Counted from the first letter of the whole stretch, positions 36,501-48,331 are shown. The stretch: 63,955 nt of DNA, filler included, from Klebsormidium nitens (GCA_000708835.1; 6 parts of 6 records of this genome joined end to end with filler, not necessarily neighbours in it), one strand, 5' to 3'. A program made the numbers and translations. Notes: generated from the sequence alone by a model not told the origin.

Positions 36501-39462
36501 ACCTGCTGGGCGAGTACGGCCACCTGCTAGCGCGCCAGCCGGGCAGCAGCCCCGCCGACATCTTTGCCGCGCTGCACCACCACTTCCACTCCGCCAGGTC
36601 AGGCCGCCGCCCACCAGCTCGAGCCATTGCCTATGCTGCCAGGCAGTCGTCGTGCGCTCGTTGGTTGCCTGCATGCCCGTGCCTGCCGCCCCGTGCCGCG
36701 CTGCGGCCCTGCGCTTGCGCCTGACGCGCGTGCTCTGCGGTGGCTGTGCTGCAGCGTGCCCACCAAGTCGCTGCTGCTGACGGCGTACATCAAGCTGCTC
36801 CTCCACGCGCCGCCTGACCCCGCCCTGCGCGACCAGGTCCTCGCCGTCTTCACCAAGTGAGCCCCCCCCGCGCCGGCGCCCCTCGCTGCGCCACCTCTGT
36901 GCCTGCCTGTACCCAGCTGTGCTTGTCCCCAGCTTTGCTTGTCCCCTCCTCCGCTCTCCTCCGGCGGGCGCCCTGGTGTGACGCCGCATTGCTGTGGCGG
37001 TGCAGGTACGGAAGTGCGCTCGACGCGGAGGTGCAGCAGCGCGCCGTGGAGTATTTTGCGCTCGCGTCGCGCGGGCCCGGCATGGCCGACATCGTGGCGG
37101 AGATGCCCAAGTTCCCGGAGAGAGCGGTGAGCCCCTGAAGGTCCCCCGAAGCATGCCAGGGGGCATGGGATTGAGGCCCACACTAGCGGCACGCCTGGGG
37201 CCGGCACCCCGTCTGCACCTGTGCGCCTGTTTCTCCCCCTGCGTCCGTCCTGGCTGGTGGCGCTGACTGGGTGCCCGCCCGCTCGGCTGTCTGTGCAGAG
37301 TGCGCTGGAGAAGCGGGTGGTGGACAGCGCGGGCGACACCACGGAGATCAGCGCTGCTGCGCGCCGCGCCGTCGACTCCTCGGCCGTCGTGCTGGCCCCC
37401 GGGGCTGTCCCCGCCCAGCCCGGCCAGCCCGCCCCGCTCAGGGGCCCGGGCCCCGGAGCAGCACCCAGCGCAGGCCCCACGGCAGCGCCAGGCAGGCAGG
37501 TGAGACGGCAGCGCCGAGGGCTCGCAGATGCACCGGGCTCCGCGCATGGCGCAGCCTCACTGCCACTGGGCTCCGACTGCCCCTTCTGAGAGGGCTCCGC
37601 TTGTGGGGCCGCGTGCTGAGCGGCTGCGGGTGGCGGGTGTTGCAGGAGTACGTGGCACCCTGGGCTGCGGGCGGGGCCGCGCCGGTGGCCAATGGGCACG
37701 CCCCCAGCGGGGCCGACCTGCTAGGGGACCTGCTCGCGCCTGACGCGCCGCCAGCTGGGGGACCGCCAAGCGACCCGCTCGCCAGCGCTCAGGTGAGGGA
37801 CGACAGCCACGGCACGGGCCGGCACCAGGAGGCAGTCGCGCAAGAAGCGAGGCCCCTCGTCGCTGTGCTGGTGTTCGGTCTGAGTCATGAAGCAGATGCT
37901 GCACCTGCACGAGTTGACCGTCCCGGGGTCCTGCCAGAACATAGCTGGACTTACTAACAGCACCGACACCGAGCGTCGGTGTCTGTGCGAAAGGCGTGCA
38001 GACCAGGCACCCGTTCGTCCCCGCACATTGATAGTCTCTGATTCCAGGATCCCCCGGCCCTCTTCCTGCTTGCTCCCGGCCTCTGACCCCGTGTGTGCAC
38101 GTTCTGGTGCAGGGAGCGGCGGCGGCTGCGGTGGAGCCGGTGGGCAGCGTGGCGGAGTGGTTCAGCAAGCTGTGCGTGGCGGACAGCGGCGTGCTGTACG
38201 AGGACCCCTTCCTGCAGATCGGCGTCAAGCAGCAGTACGCGGGGCCGCAGGGCCGCCTGCTGCTCTTCTTCGGCAACAAGCACACCGCGCCCCTCACCGC
38301 CCTGCACGCCACCATCAGTGCGCCCCCCGGCTGCGCCTCACCGCCGGCACCCCCCCCCGACACCCTGCCCCCCCGCGCCCAGCTCCAGGTGGGCGCCAGC
38401 GTTGCTTCTGCTCCTGGGCGGCTGACGCTCTTCGGGCCACGTGACAGGCGCGCCTGGCCGTGCTGTGGTGCTAACGAGGCACAGCGCGCCGCCTGCTGAC
38501 GCTGCTACCCCTCGCGTGTCCCCAGATGGCGATCGAGTGCGTGTGTGCGGCCCCCTTCCCCGCGCCCGCGTCCCTGGCGCTGTCGTACTCCGCCGGCGTG
38601 CAGCCCGTGGCCGTGCAGCTGCACCTCCCCGCCGTGCTCTCCAAGTTCCTGCAGCCCGTGCCCGTCACGGCGGACTCCTTCTTCGCCAAGTGGAAGCAGT
38701 TCCTCAACCCGCCCAACCGCATCCAGGAGATCGTGAGCTCCACCCTGAGCCCGCCCGCTTGCTCGCGCGGTCACCCCGAGTGCAGTCTGGGGGCATGGGA
38801 TTTCATCTGTTGGAGGTCAAACAGCACCCCGTGCTCGTCGCCAACGTGGGCTTGCCATTTGTGACTTCTGATGGGAGTCGCTGTCATTGTGCTGCACCGG
38901 AACAGCGCCCCCTGGTCCCCACTGTGCTCGCAGGCCCCGTCGTGTGACGATGGCCGCTTGGGTGCTGCGTGCAGGTGCGCAACGTGAAGCCCATCGGGCT
39001 GCAGGGCATCGCGGCCGCCTTCATCGCGCTCAAGATCGGCCTCGCCCAGGGCCTCGTGAGTGGCCTCGCCGCCTGTGCTGCTGTGCTGCGTGCGCGCTCT
39101 GCCACTCTTTATCACCAGTCGTTCATGCCCCAAGCGCGGTCTGCCCGTCCCTCCCCCTGGCTGTGCCCCGCGCTGCTCTGACTGGGGTGCTGTTGCGGGA
39201 TGGTGTGCAGGACCCGAACCCGAACAACCTGGTGGCGGCCAGCTCGCTCGCTACGGAGAACAACGGCGCAAACGCGGTGTGCATGGTGCGTGTTGAGACG
39301 GACCCCGCCGACCGCACCCAGCTGCGCCTCACGGTCGCGTGCTCCAACCCCACCGCCACGCAGGCGCTGCGCCAAATCATTGTGGACGCAGTCACGGAGC
39401 CGACCCTGGCACTCCCGGCACCACCACCACCGGCAGGCAACCCTCTGGCCGGACTTTTCTGA
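33567..39462 (+). CDS. AP2A: AP-2 complex alpha subunit (alpha-adaptin), about 17 exons
   Basis: [36 protein letters not shown] | [20 protein letters not shown] | ...[15 protein letters not shown]...[14 protein letters not shown]...[21 protein letters not shown] | ... | [14 protein letters not shown] | appendage ...[12 protein letters not shown]...[19 protein letters not shown]. Confidence 0.96.
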
Positions 39463-41092
39463 GACTGCCGATACACCTGCGGGGAAGGGACGCCAAGCAC
39501 GAGGTCCTCCACCCAGCTGCGGTGTGTTCCACGGGATGTCATCACCATCACTGTCGTGGATAGTCTGGTCATGTTGCTTTGGGAAAGGGGTTGACTCCAG
39601 GACGCTTGGTCCAACAGGCATGTGCTATGGCCTCTAGTAAGTCCAAGTGATCGAACTTAAGGTACGTGCCATCTACTGCTTGCAAAGGATGGTTGGACCT
39701 GTCAATGTTGCTAAGTCGATGATGCAACGTTTCAATGCGAGCGTGCTAATGCCAATTCAATCATCTCCTGATGGCAATTAAGATATCGCTTGGCCGGAGG
39801 CTAGCCTGAAGCGTGATGACACGGATCAACCGACTTAATAAGAGTTGAGCTTGCACCTACTGGCAAGTATTATAGGTGGTCGTGAAGTCGAGACGAATGG
39901 TTGCACAAATGACTGTGACTGTGTGCATGGAGTTAGCCAGAAGGCCCGTGCACTACCGTACACATGATTAATACGTAGCTATTTAGAAATTGTAAGACCT
40001 TTTAAGCCTGAGCTCAGCATAAGCTATCATTCATGATACTTCTTATTATACTAGCTAGTTATTATAAGGATGATTGCGTAGACAATGTACTATATAAGCC
40101 CAGCCTAGCTGAATATTAATGTTGACCGTAGAGGGCATGAGCCGCCTATGTACATATTAGTTGCCCCCACTGGCTACAGCCCGGTCCAGACGGTCTCATC
40201 TCCTTTGGTTAATTATACGATCGACTCGGTGAAGAATTGAGGCCAGTCCTGACCCGTGCGACAAATGCAGTGAGATCCTAAACCGGCGTGTTATAACGCG
40301 ACGATTAGAGTCGGCCTTCTCGAACTAGAGCTCATGTGCATGGCGTACATCGTATATATATTGCGTGGGCGCCGGGTTAGTACGCTTGAGCTCAATTCAA
40401 GTCCGGTCCCAAAATCTGCTAGGCAGTGCTTAATTGTTGGTCAACTGGCCGCGCCGGCAGACTCGCTAGCTTCAGGTTGAGCTAGATATATCATTGCCGT
40501 CTTGTATAATACTGCATGCGTGCGCATGTTCAAAAGGCATCTCAAGCCCTCCACTGCTTAACCCCCTTCTCGGCGACCCCCGGCAAAAAGGTTGGGTCTT
40601 TGTCGGGAAGTCTTAGTTTAACTCTACTTCAAACCCTAAAAGTTGAAACCCGAGGATGGAATACATAAAATCCTCTAGTATAGCGCACTCTATTGAGCTC
40701 GATTTTGTTGAGCTAGTGTCACTGGGGTGAGGAACCTAGCTCAACAACTTTCGAGCGTTCCACCTTCTGGACGTGTGGCTGTCCAAGCATTTTGTCCATT
40801 TTCTGAAGTTACTGCGATCAGTAGTACATTGCCTGCAATTTTGCTTCAATTGCAAAACACTGGGCCTCTGGCAGATTATTTGGATCATGCAAAAAGCCAA
40901 ACGTTTCGTACCGTACTAGCTAGATTTAATTGGCCGACGGTAATTTGGCCAACGCGGTAGCTCGAACCTCATGACGGTATATTTTCGTTCAGAAATTTAA
41001 TGTGAAGACTCCCACCGTAGCATGCACAAAGCTTGATCGAAAATTTTCCAGACTTGGATCCTTGGACGAGATTTGGTTGCTGTGACGGTTGG

Positions 41093-41192
41093 NNNNNNNN
41101 NNNNNNNNNNNNNNNNNNNNNNNNNNNNNNNNNNNNTTAATTAATTAANNNNNNNNNNNNNNNNNNNNNNNNNNNNNNNNNNNNNNNNNNNN
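41093..41192. other. Artificial contig-joining linker
   Basis: 44 N + TTAATTAATTAA + 44 N. Confidence 0.97.
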
Positions 41193-41387
41193 CGGAATCT
41201 GCGCGAAACGGCTCTGCATGTCCACGTGACCGAAATTCTGGAAGCCGTAGTTGATGAGCTCGATGTCGTCCTTCGCCCCCAGGTGTCTTAAGATACGGTA
41301 CGTGACCTTCGAGTAGCCGTTCGTCTGATTTGGATGGGTGCTCGCAATGACGACTCGCTTCTTGCCTGCTTCCTGGAGGACCGCCAT
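41193..41387 (-). CDS. N-terminus of a giant-virus-type GT-B glycosyltransferase, truncated by the contig edge
   Basis: KRVVIASTHPNQTNGYSKVTYRILRHL...IELINYGFQNF resembles, from memory, the N-terminal TH..Q..GYSKV...L...GFQ signature of phycodnavirus/mimivirus glycosyltransferases. It is intronless and starts 45 nt after the protease stop. Confidence 0.6.
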
Positions 41388-41432
41388 CCTGACCGTGCCT
41401 ACATGATGTCAAAAAAACCGCTGCGGAACGCA

Positions 41433-42208
41433 TCACCTCCTGAAATAAACCCTCTGCAACTCCCTCATCCGTGCGTCCCGGGACGACCTCTCTCCGGGTC
41501 CACGCAAAGGACCTGCCGAGGAGTCGCTGCAAGACAAAGTAACAAACATACATGCCGCACTCCCGATCTCCCAGTTGATGACGGATGGTCGGGACGAGGA
41601 GCCGAAAAGATACCCCGTGCTTCTTCTCGAGGTGAGCGATCGCCTGATCCAAGAACGCCCGAACGCGCGCGGGCGGAGGGTTTCCGACACTGTCAAAGTA
41701 CTCGGCCGTCCGAGCCTTGACGTCAAAATACACCGCTACGTAGTGGACCCCGCCCAAGTTCACGACACCCCCGAACTTCGTGGGCTCCACCCCATCCCGT
41801 CGATCCTTCGTCAATATTCGTTTCATGCGATCCACGTGGTTGGAATCGTACCATCCGAGAGTCTTAAAGGTCCTGAAACGTCCCTCCTGCGCAGCGAAGA
41901 AATCGGTCACCGGCTCGTCCGTCAGCCACTCCCGTTCGCCCACGACGAGGAGCGGTTTCATAGCCTTACGCATCCGCCTCGCGAGCTCGCCCCTAATCGT
42001 CATGTCGGTCTCCCGAAAGACGTCCATCAAATGCTGAAACAGATATCGCCTTAGTTCTGTGCGCCTTGGAGTAAGGTCGGATGCTCGCGGCGAGCGCCGG
42101 CGGAGCCCTCTGCTTTAGGTCCTTCAGGATGTTCCTGATGAGCCCCATCGAAAGGCAGGAGACGCTATTGTGGAACCGTTGCACTTGCGGGGCGCACTCG
42201 TCGCTCAT
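41433..42208 (-). pseudogene. Ulp1/C48-family (SUMO-type) cysteine protease of giant-virus type, with two frameshifts
   Basis: Catalytic motifs are GVHYVAVY (His), YFDSVG (Asp) and HQLGDRECGMY (Gln/Cys). The N-terminal MSDECAP...SCL segment joins across a +1 frameshift near 42044, seen by comparison with the copy at 45381. The C-terminus DARMRELQRVYFRR* joins across a +1 frameshift near 41479. Confidence 0.8.
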
Positions 42209-42527
42209 GCTTGCTTTCCATTCCTCTTTAACATAGAAATACTTTCATCCGGTCTATTTCTGCATCATCACCCGAGTTTCAGCCATGTTGCCAACGATAG
42301 CATAATCTTTCATCATGAATCGCTCATCGGACAAACTACACTATCAATGGCTTGCTAAAACTTTAAAATCTTCTGAATGCCTAAAAACGGGCACAGGAAA
42401 GCAGCACTTCGTCATTCATCCAGTAAGGAGACTTGATGAAAGCTCAGGCTTTTGATCCTGATTGCCAAGTCGTCAATACCTGACTAAGAAGCCTTATCCA
42501 CCTTCCTAACAATGTGGATATTGACGG

Positions 42528-43592
42528 TTACGAGTCCCCTAATATCTTACTTGTCATTAAGTGTTTGTGAATCTCACTTATGACAAGAAAAATATCAAAG
42601 TCCTTATCGTCTGGATTGAATCTAACCCAGGATGCGCCTATTTCAGCAGTGATCCACTGTTGTCGCTTTTCTTCTTTTGACCAGTCGTAGCCACTGTGAT
42701 TCTTTTCGTCGCACTCTACTGCTAATCTGTACTCGGGAAAATACAAATCCAGTCTGTAGATTCCCACTCGGTGCTGGAATACCATCTGTTCTCCTTTGAA
42801 AGCTCTCATCACCGCCGTTATGGTATGTAACTCGTGCGAGTACGCCTTGAATCGCATTGAAAGCGGTATACCAAGTTCTTCCGCAATTGCTAGACTGTTC
42901 GGCATGCGAGAGTTGTAGACAAGGTAAGTCACACCAATCTCCGTAATAAAGCGTGTCAATTTTACATTTTCATTGCCAGACAGCCCTATCTCGCCACCAA
43001 GGGCCACGCAGTCCACGGGGACATGCATTTGGATTGCTTTTTTTGCATTTTGGTACCCGAGCGCTCGCGCGATGTCGTTGCCTTTGAAGTACCAGACCCC
43101 GTCCTGTTGTATTCTCTCAATGCACTGTCCGATTGCAAATAATCCGTCGGTCGTAGATGCTTCTGTGGAAGTTTCCTTTGCCGCACCATCGAGTTTTCGT
43201 TTCTTGTTTGGCCGCTCTCGGAGTGAGGCAACACCGTCGGTCAGCACCCACTCCCGAAGACATGCCACAGACTGAACACCTGATTTTGCGGTAAATTGCA
43301 AGAAGCCTTCCTTGTCTATGTAGCGAGAGTTGCGCTCGTTTCCATCCACAACATGACCTTTGCCAATTGTCATGCGCCCCCCTTGACCTATCAGCTCAGA
43401 TAGTGTGCTGATGCGATGTGTGCTCACGTGTGTCACAACCGCTTTCTTTTGATTGGAGTATCCCAGTAGGTTGGCGACATCATTCCCTCGAAACCAGGGA
43501 TCTTTCTTCTCTTCCCCCACCAAGAGACTGCGCACATTCTTGTCGTCCGATCTGATCAGCTGCTGTTCTGCGTCAAACGTGAAACTCGCCAT
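42528..43592 (-). CDS. Two Bro-N domains plus a C-terminal DUF559/Vsr-like PD-(D/E)xK endonuclease (354 aa), copy 1
   Basis: DPWFRGNDVANLLGYSNQKKAVVTHV and VWYFKGNDIARALGYQNAKKAIQMHV...FITEIGVTYLVYNSRMP (Bro-N). QHRVGIYRLDLYFPEYRLAVECDEKNH...WVRFNPD (nuclease). Confidence 0.85.
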   Translation of the reverse strand: MASFTFDAEQQLIRSDDKNVRSLLVGEEKKDPWFRGNDVANLLGYSNQKKAVVTHVSTHRISTLSELIGQGGRMTIGKGHVVDGNERNSRYIDKEGFLQFTAKSGVQSVACLREWVLTDGVASLRERPNKKRKLDGAAKETSTEASTTDGLFAIGQCIERIQQDGVWYFKGNDIARALGYQNAKKAIQMHVPVDCVALGGEIGLSGNENVKLTRFITEIGVTYLVYNSRMPNSLAIAEELGIPLSMRFKAYSHELHTITAVMRAFKGEQMVFQHRVGIYRLDLYFPEYRLAVECDEKNHSGYDWSKEEKRQQWITAEIGASWVRFNPDDKDFDIFLVISEIHKHLMTSKILGDS

Positions 43593-44134
43593 GCTTGCGT
43601 CCCTACGAGCGTGCGCGAATATATTCTATAACGTTCGGACGCAAGATGCCGACTTTGGCGCCGTCACCTTTCCTTAAAACCCTCCCCAACGTTGGATGCT
43701 CCTTTGGCCATCATCAAGGTTCCTTAAGACGACACACTACTCCCCGGTTATGTTATCTGGATTGGAGAGTCTCTCTTTGTCTTTTTTCGGGTCTGGCGCA
43801 CTCGTCAGGCGTCGTATTTTATCACAACAATCAAAGCCACGTGCTGGCTAGCGGACCAGATAAGTAAAACGTTAGAGCAACACAAACTCTAGTAGAACGT
43901 AAAGAGAGAAGCGGAGCACAATCAAGCTAAAGCATCCTATAATGACATCAAGCGGGGGTTTTCGGTGAGTCTTTGAATACGGCTTGAGAGACGTCTTGGC
44001 CTGCTGAGCTATAATACTGCAAGCAAACAATCAAAAGGCAGTTCGACGGCACGAGGATGAATTATGGCACCCGGACCACCACCATGGCGGAATTGATTAA
44101 GACGATGGAACATGCTGTTGTCTCTAGCAGTTCC

Positions 44135-44947
44135 TCATCTCCCGAAGTTAAGAATGTGCGTATGCACCTGGTTTATCACATCTATGATATTGAAATCAGA
44201 GCAGTCCGGGTTGAAGCGTATCCAACTCGCTCCCAGGGCCTCGGTCAACATTTCAGTCCTTGTCAGATCCTTGTCGGCATCGTAAGACGCGTGACCGTGT
44301 TCGTCGCACTCTACGACCAACTTATAGTCGGGAAAGAATAAATCGACTCTGTATTTTCCCACTGTATATTCTCTTTCCATCTTGTGTCCCCGGAACGCCC
44401 GCCATATGACGGCAACGTAGTGTGTCTCGTGATGGTATTGCTTATACGCAGCAGATATTGGAATACCAACTGCTTCAGCGATCTCGACGCTGTTGGGTAG
44501 TCTCGACAAATGAAGCAAGGTTGCCGCGCCCTCTTCTGTGGTGTATGTTGTCAAAGCTTCGTTCCCGTTTGAACAGAAGCCAATATCGGCCCCACTGAAC
44601 CGAAGTTCAGCAGGAATGTGTAGCTTCCCTGCCTTCTTGCAATCCCTGTAACCAAGTACCGAAGCGATGTCGTTCACTTTGTAGTACATTTGGTTCTTGT
44701 AGAATACGGTGTGTACACTCGGCAAGCGCACAGCCAAATTGGCTTGAATGCTATCAGTACTGTCTCTTGCGTGCTCTGTGCGGATCTTTTTTGACGCAGA
44801 ACCAATTACATCTGAACCGTGTCTTTTGGTCTCCCGTTCCGACGTCAATTCCCTGATTTTCAACTCGATTCTCAATTGCTCCGTCCTTTCTTTTGATTGT
44901 AAAGTCCTCTCCCGTTCAATGGCGAGCTGACATTCCGAATTCTCCAT
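44135..44947 (-). CDS. Coiled-coil, Bro-N and DUF559-like endonuclease (270 aa), copy 1
   Basis: YYKVNDIASVLGYRDCKKAGKLHI...YTTEEGAATLLHLSRLP and YTVGKYRVDLFFPDYKLVVECDEHGH...WIRFNPD. Confidence 0.85.
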   Translation of the reverse strand: MENSECQLAIERERTLQSKERTEQLRIELKIRELTSERETKRHGSDVIGSASKKIRTEHARDSTDSIQANLAVRLPSVHTVFYKNQMYYKVNDIASVLGYRDCKKAGKLHIPAELRFSGADIGFCSNGNEALTTYTTEEGAATLLHLSRLPNSVEIAEAVGIPISAAYKQYHHETHYVAVIWRAFRGHKMEREYTVGKYRVDLFFPDYKLVVECDEHGHASYDADKDLTRTEMLTEALGASWIRFNPDCSDFNIIDVINQVHTHILNFGR

Positions 44948-45341
44948 CTTTGATGAAAATCGTGCAGTAGTCCCGATTCTACTTTCTTAAGCCGTTCGCG
45001 TTTGTGAAGCATTACATCGTGCGACAGTGATGGAGATCCCTGCAGCATTAGTGTACCAAAACACCGCGACCGTAACGTCCTTCTCGATGCCAATTCCCAT
45101 TGTCGGGTTCGATGTTTCCAACAACCTACAGGACGAAGACAGAGCGCGCTTTGCCCTGTTGACGGAACACAACGGGATAAACGGCTAAGTGGATGATACT
45201 TTTATTTACGTGGATCGTTTTTTGCGTTTCTTCAGCAAGGCATGCCTGAAAAACAGGAGAACATAGAATTAAACCTTGGAATACTTCGCTCACCAAGTTC
45301 TTCTCTTGACGAGTTTTCGTANNNNNNNNNNNNNNNNNNNN

Positions 45342-45551
45342 GTTCAGGTCGGTCTCTCGAAGGACGTTCATCAAATGCTGAAACAAGGCCGCCTTAGTTC
45401 TGTGCGCCTTGGAGTAAGGTCGGATGCTCGTGGCGAGCGCCGGCGGAGCCCTCTGCTTTAGGTCCTTCAGGATGTCCCTGATGAGCCCCATCGAAAGGCA
45501 GGAGACGCCATTGTGGAACCGTCGCACTTGCGGGGCGCACTCGTCGCTCAT
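45342..45551 (-). pseudogene. 5' fragment of the Ulp1-like protease (middle repeat copy)
   Basis: MSDECAPQVRRFHNGVSCLSMGLIRDILKDL...KAALFQHLMNVLRETDLN, ending at an N gap. Confidence 0.7.
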
Positions 45552-46183
45552 GCTTGCTTTCCATTCCTCTTTAAGATAGAAATAGTTTCATCCGGTCTAT
45601 CTCTGCATCATCACCCGGCTTACAGCCATGTTGCCAATGATAGCATAATCTTTCATCATGAATCGCTCATCAGACAAACAACACTATCAACAGCTTGCGA
45701 AAATTTCAAAATATTCTGAATGGTTAAAAACGGGCATTCGACAGACACGAAAGCAGCACTTCGTCATTGATCCAGTAAGGAGACTTGATCCTGATTGCCA
45801 ACTCGTCAATACCTGACTGATAAGCCTTATCCACCTTCCTTAAAATGTGGGTGTCTACCAAAACACCGCGACCGTAACGTCCTTCTCGATGCCAATCCCC
45901 ATTGTCGGATTCGATGTTTCCAACAATCTACAGGACGAAGACAGAGCGCGCTTTGCCCTGTTGACGGAACACAACGGGATAAACGGCTAAGTGGATGATA
46001 CTTTTATTTACGTGGATCGTTTTTCGCGTTTCTTCAGCAAGGCATGCCTGAAAAACAGGAGAACATTGAAATTGAACCTTGGAAGACTTCGCTCACCAAG
46101 TTCTTCTCTTGACGAGTTTTCGTCTCTTTTCGGGTCTGGCTTTTTATCCCCGCANNNNNNNNNNNNNNNNNNNNNNNNNNNNN

Positions 46184-46393
46184 GGTCAGGTCGGTATCCC
46201 GAAAGACGTCCATCAAATGCTGAAACAAGGCCGCCTTAGTTCTATGCGCCTTGGAGTAAGGTCGGATGCTCGTGGCGAGCGCCGGCGGAGCCCTCTGCTT
46301 TAGGTCCTTCAGGATGTCCCTGATGAGCCCCATCGAAAGGCAGGAGACGCCATTGTGAAACCGTTGCACTTGCGGGGCGCACTCGTCGCTCAT
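46184..46393 (-). pseudogene. 5' fragment of the Ulp1-like protease (repeat copy 2)
   Basis: MSDECAPQVQRFHNGVSCLSMGL...KAALFQHLMDVFRDTDLT, ending at an N gap. Confidence 0.7.
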
Positions 46394-46702
46394 GCTTGCT
46401 TTCCATTCCTCTTTAAGATAGAAATAGTTTCATCCGGTCTATTTCTGCATCATCATCCGACTTACAGCCATGTTGCCAATGAAAGCATAATCTTTCATCA
46501 TGAATCGCTCATCAGACACACCACACTATCAACAGCCTGCGAAAATTTCAAAATCTTCTGAATGGTTTAAAACGGGCATTCGACAGACACGAAAGCAGCA
46601 CTTCGTCATTGATCCAGTAAGGAGACTTGATCCTGATTGCCAACTCGTCAATACCTGACTGATAAGCCTTATCCACCTTCCTTACAATGTGGGTATCAAC
46701 AG

Positions 46703-47767
46703 TTACGAGTCCCCTAATATCTTTCTCGTCATTGAGTGTTTGTGAATCTCACTTATGACAAGAAAAATGTCAAAGTCCTTATCGTCTGGATTGAATCGAA
46801 CCCAGGATGCGCCTATCTCAGCAGTGATCCACTGTTGTCGCTTTTTTTCTTTTGACCATTCGTAGCCACTGTGATTCCTTTCGTCGCACTCTACTGCTAA
46901 TCTGTACTCGGGAAAGTACAAATCCAGTCTGTAGATTCCCACTCGGTGCTGGAATACCATCTGTTCTCCTTTGAAAGCTCTCATCACCGCCGTTATGGTA
47001 TGTAACTCGTGCGAGTACGCCTTGAATCGCATTGAAAGCGGTATACCAAGTTCTTCCGCAATTGCTAGACTGTTCGGCATGCGAGAGTTGTAGACAAGGT
47101 AAGTCACACCAATCTCCGTAATAAAGCGTGCCGATTTTACATTTTGATTGCCAGACAGCCCTATCTCGCCACCAAGGGCCACGCAGTCCACGGGGACGTG
47201 CATTTGGATTGCTTTTTTTGCATTTTGGTACCCGAGCGCTCGCGCGATGTCGTTGCCTTTGAAGTACCAGACCCCGTCCTGTTGTATTCTCTCAATGCAC
47301 TGTCCGATTGCAAATAATCCGTCGGTCGTAGATGCTTCTGTGGAAGTTTCCTTTGCCGCACCATCGAGTTTTCGTTTCTTGTTTGGCCGCTCTCGGAGTA
47401 AGGCAACACCGTCGGTCAGCACCCACTCCCGAAGACATGCCACAGACTGAAAACCTGATTTCGCGGTAAATTGCAAGAAGCCTTCCTTGTCTATGTAGCG
47501 AGAGTTGCGCTCGTTTTCATCCACAGCATGACCTTTGCCAAATGTCATGTGCCCCCCTTGACCTAGCAGCTCAGATAATGTGCTGATGCGATGTGTGCTC
47601 ACGTGTGTCACAACCGCTTTCTTTTGATTGGAGTATCCTAGTAGGTTGGCGACGTCATTCCCTCGAAACCAGGGATCTTTGTTCTCTTCCCCCACCAAGA
47701 GAATGCGCACATTCTTGTCGTCGGATCTGATCAGCTGCTGATCTGCGTCGAACGTGAAACTCGCCAT
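46703..47767 (-). CDS. Two Bro-N domains plus DUF559-like endonuclease (354 aa), copy 2
   Basis: Full-length paralogue of 42528-43592 with scattered amino-acid changes. Confidence 0.85.
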   Translation of the reverse strand: MASFTFDADQQLIRSDDKNVRILLVGEENKDPWFRGNDVANLLGYSNQKKAVVTHVSTHRISTLSELLGQGGHMTFGKGHAVDENERNSRYIDKEGFLQFTAKSGFQSVACLREWVLTDGVALLRERPNKKRKLDGAAKETSTEASTTDGLFAIGQCIERIQQDGVWYFKGNDIARALGYQNAKKAIQMHVPVDCVALGGEIGLSGNQNVKSARFITEIGVTYLVYNSRMPNSLAIAEELGIPLSMRFKAYSHELHTITAVMRAFKGEQMVFQHRVGIYRLDLYFPEYRLAVECDERNHSGYEWSKEKKRQQWITAEIGASWVRFNPDDKDFDIFLVISEIHKHSMTRKILGDS

Positions 47768-48331
47768 GCTTGCGCCCCTACGAGCGTGCGCGAATATATT
47801 CTATAACGTTCGGACGCAAGATGCCGACTTTGGCGCCGTCACCTTTCCTTCAAACCCTCCCCAACGTTGGATGCTCCTTTGGCCATCATGAAGGTTCCTT
47901 CAGACGACACACTTCTCCCCGGTTATGTTATCTGGATTGGAGAGTCTCTCTTTGTCGTTTTCCGGGTCTGGCGCACTCGTCACTCATGATGTAAGGCATA
48001 CAATCAGGCGTCGTTTTAACACAACAATCAAAGCCACGTGCTGGCTAGCGGACCAAATAAGTACAACGTTAGAGCAACACAAACTCTAGTAGAACGTAAA
48101 GAGAGAAGCCGAGCACAATCAAGCTAAAGCATCCTATAATGACATCAAGCGGGGGTTTTCGGCGAGTCTTCGAATACGGCTTGAGAGACGTCTTGGCCTG
48201 CTGAGCTATAATATTGCAAGCAAACAATCAAGAGGCAGTTCGACGGCACGAGGATGAATTATGGCACCCGGACCACCACCATGGCGGAATTGAATAAGAC
48301 GATGGAACATGCTCTTATCTCTAGCAGTTCC

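Noticed and set aside
21344-39637. Many long overlapping Ala/Arg/Pro/Gly-rich ORFs on both strands
   Set aside because: They are shadow frames of very GC-rich DNA and are fully explained by the four spliced housekeeping genes.
39640-41092. Featureless 1.4-kb stretch rich in CTAG/TAGC; possible decayed element or the 40727-40960 ORF
   Set aside because: No recognisable motif, terminal repeat or sustained ORF. It cannot be supported without a repeat-library search.
44987-45321. Possible small spliced gene in the repeated tail segment (…QEKNL|gtgag … ttag|PFIPLCSVNRAKR…)
   Set aside because: It is short, has no recognisable domain, and its 5' end is lost in N gaps in all three copies.
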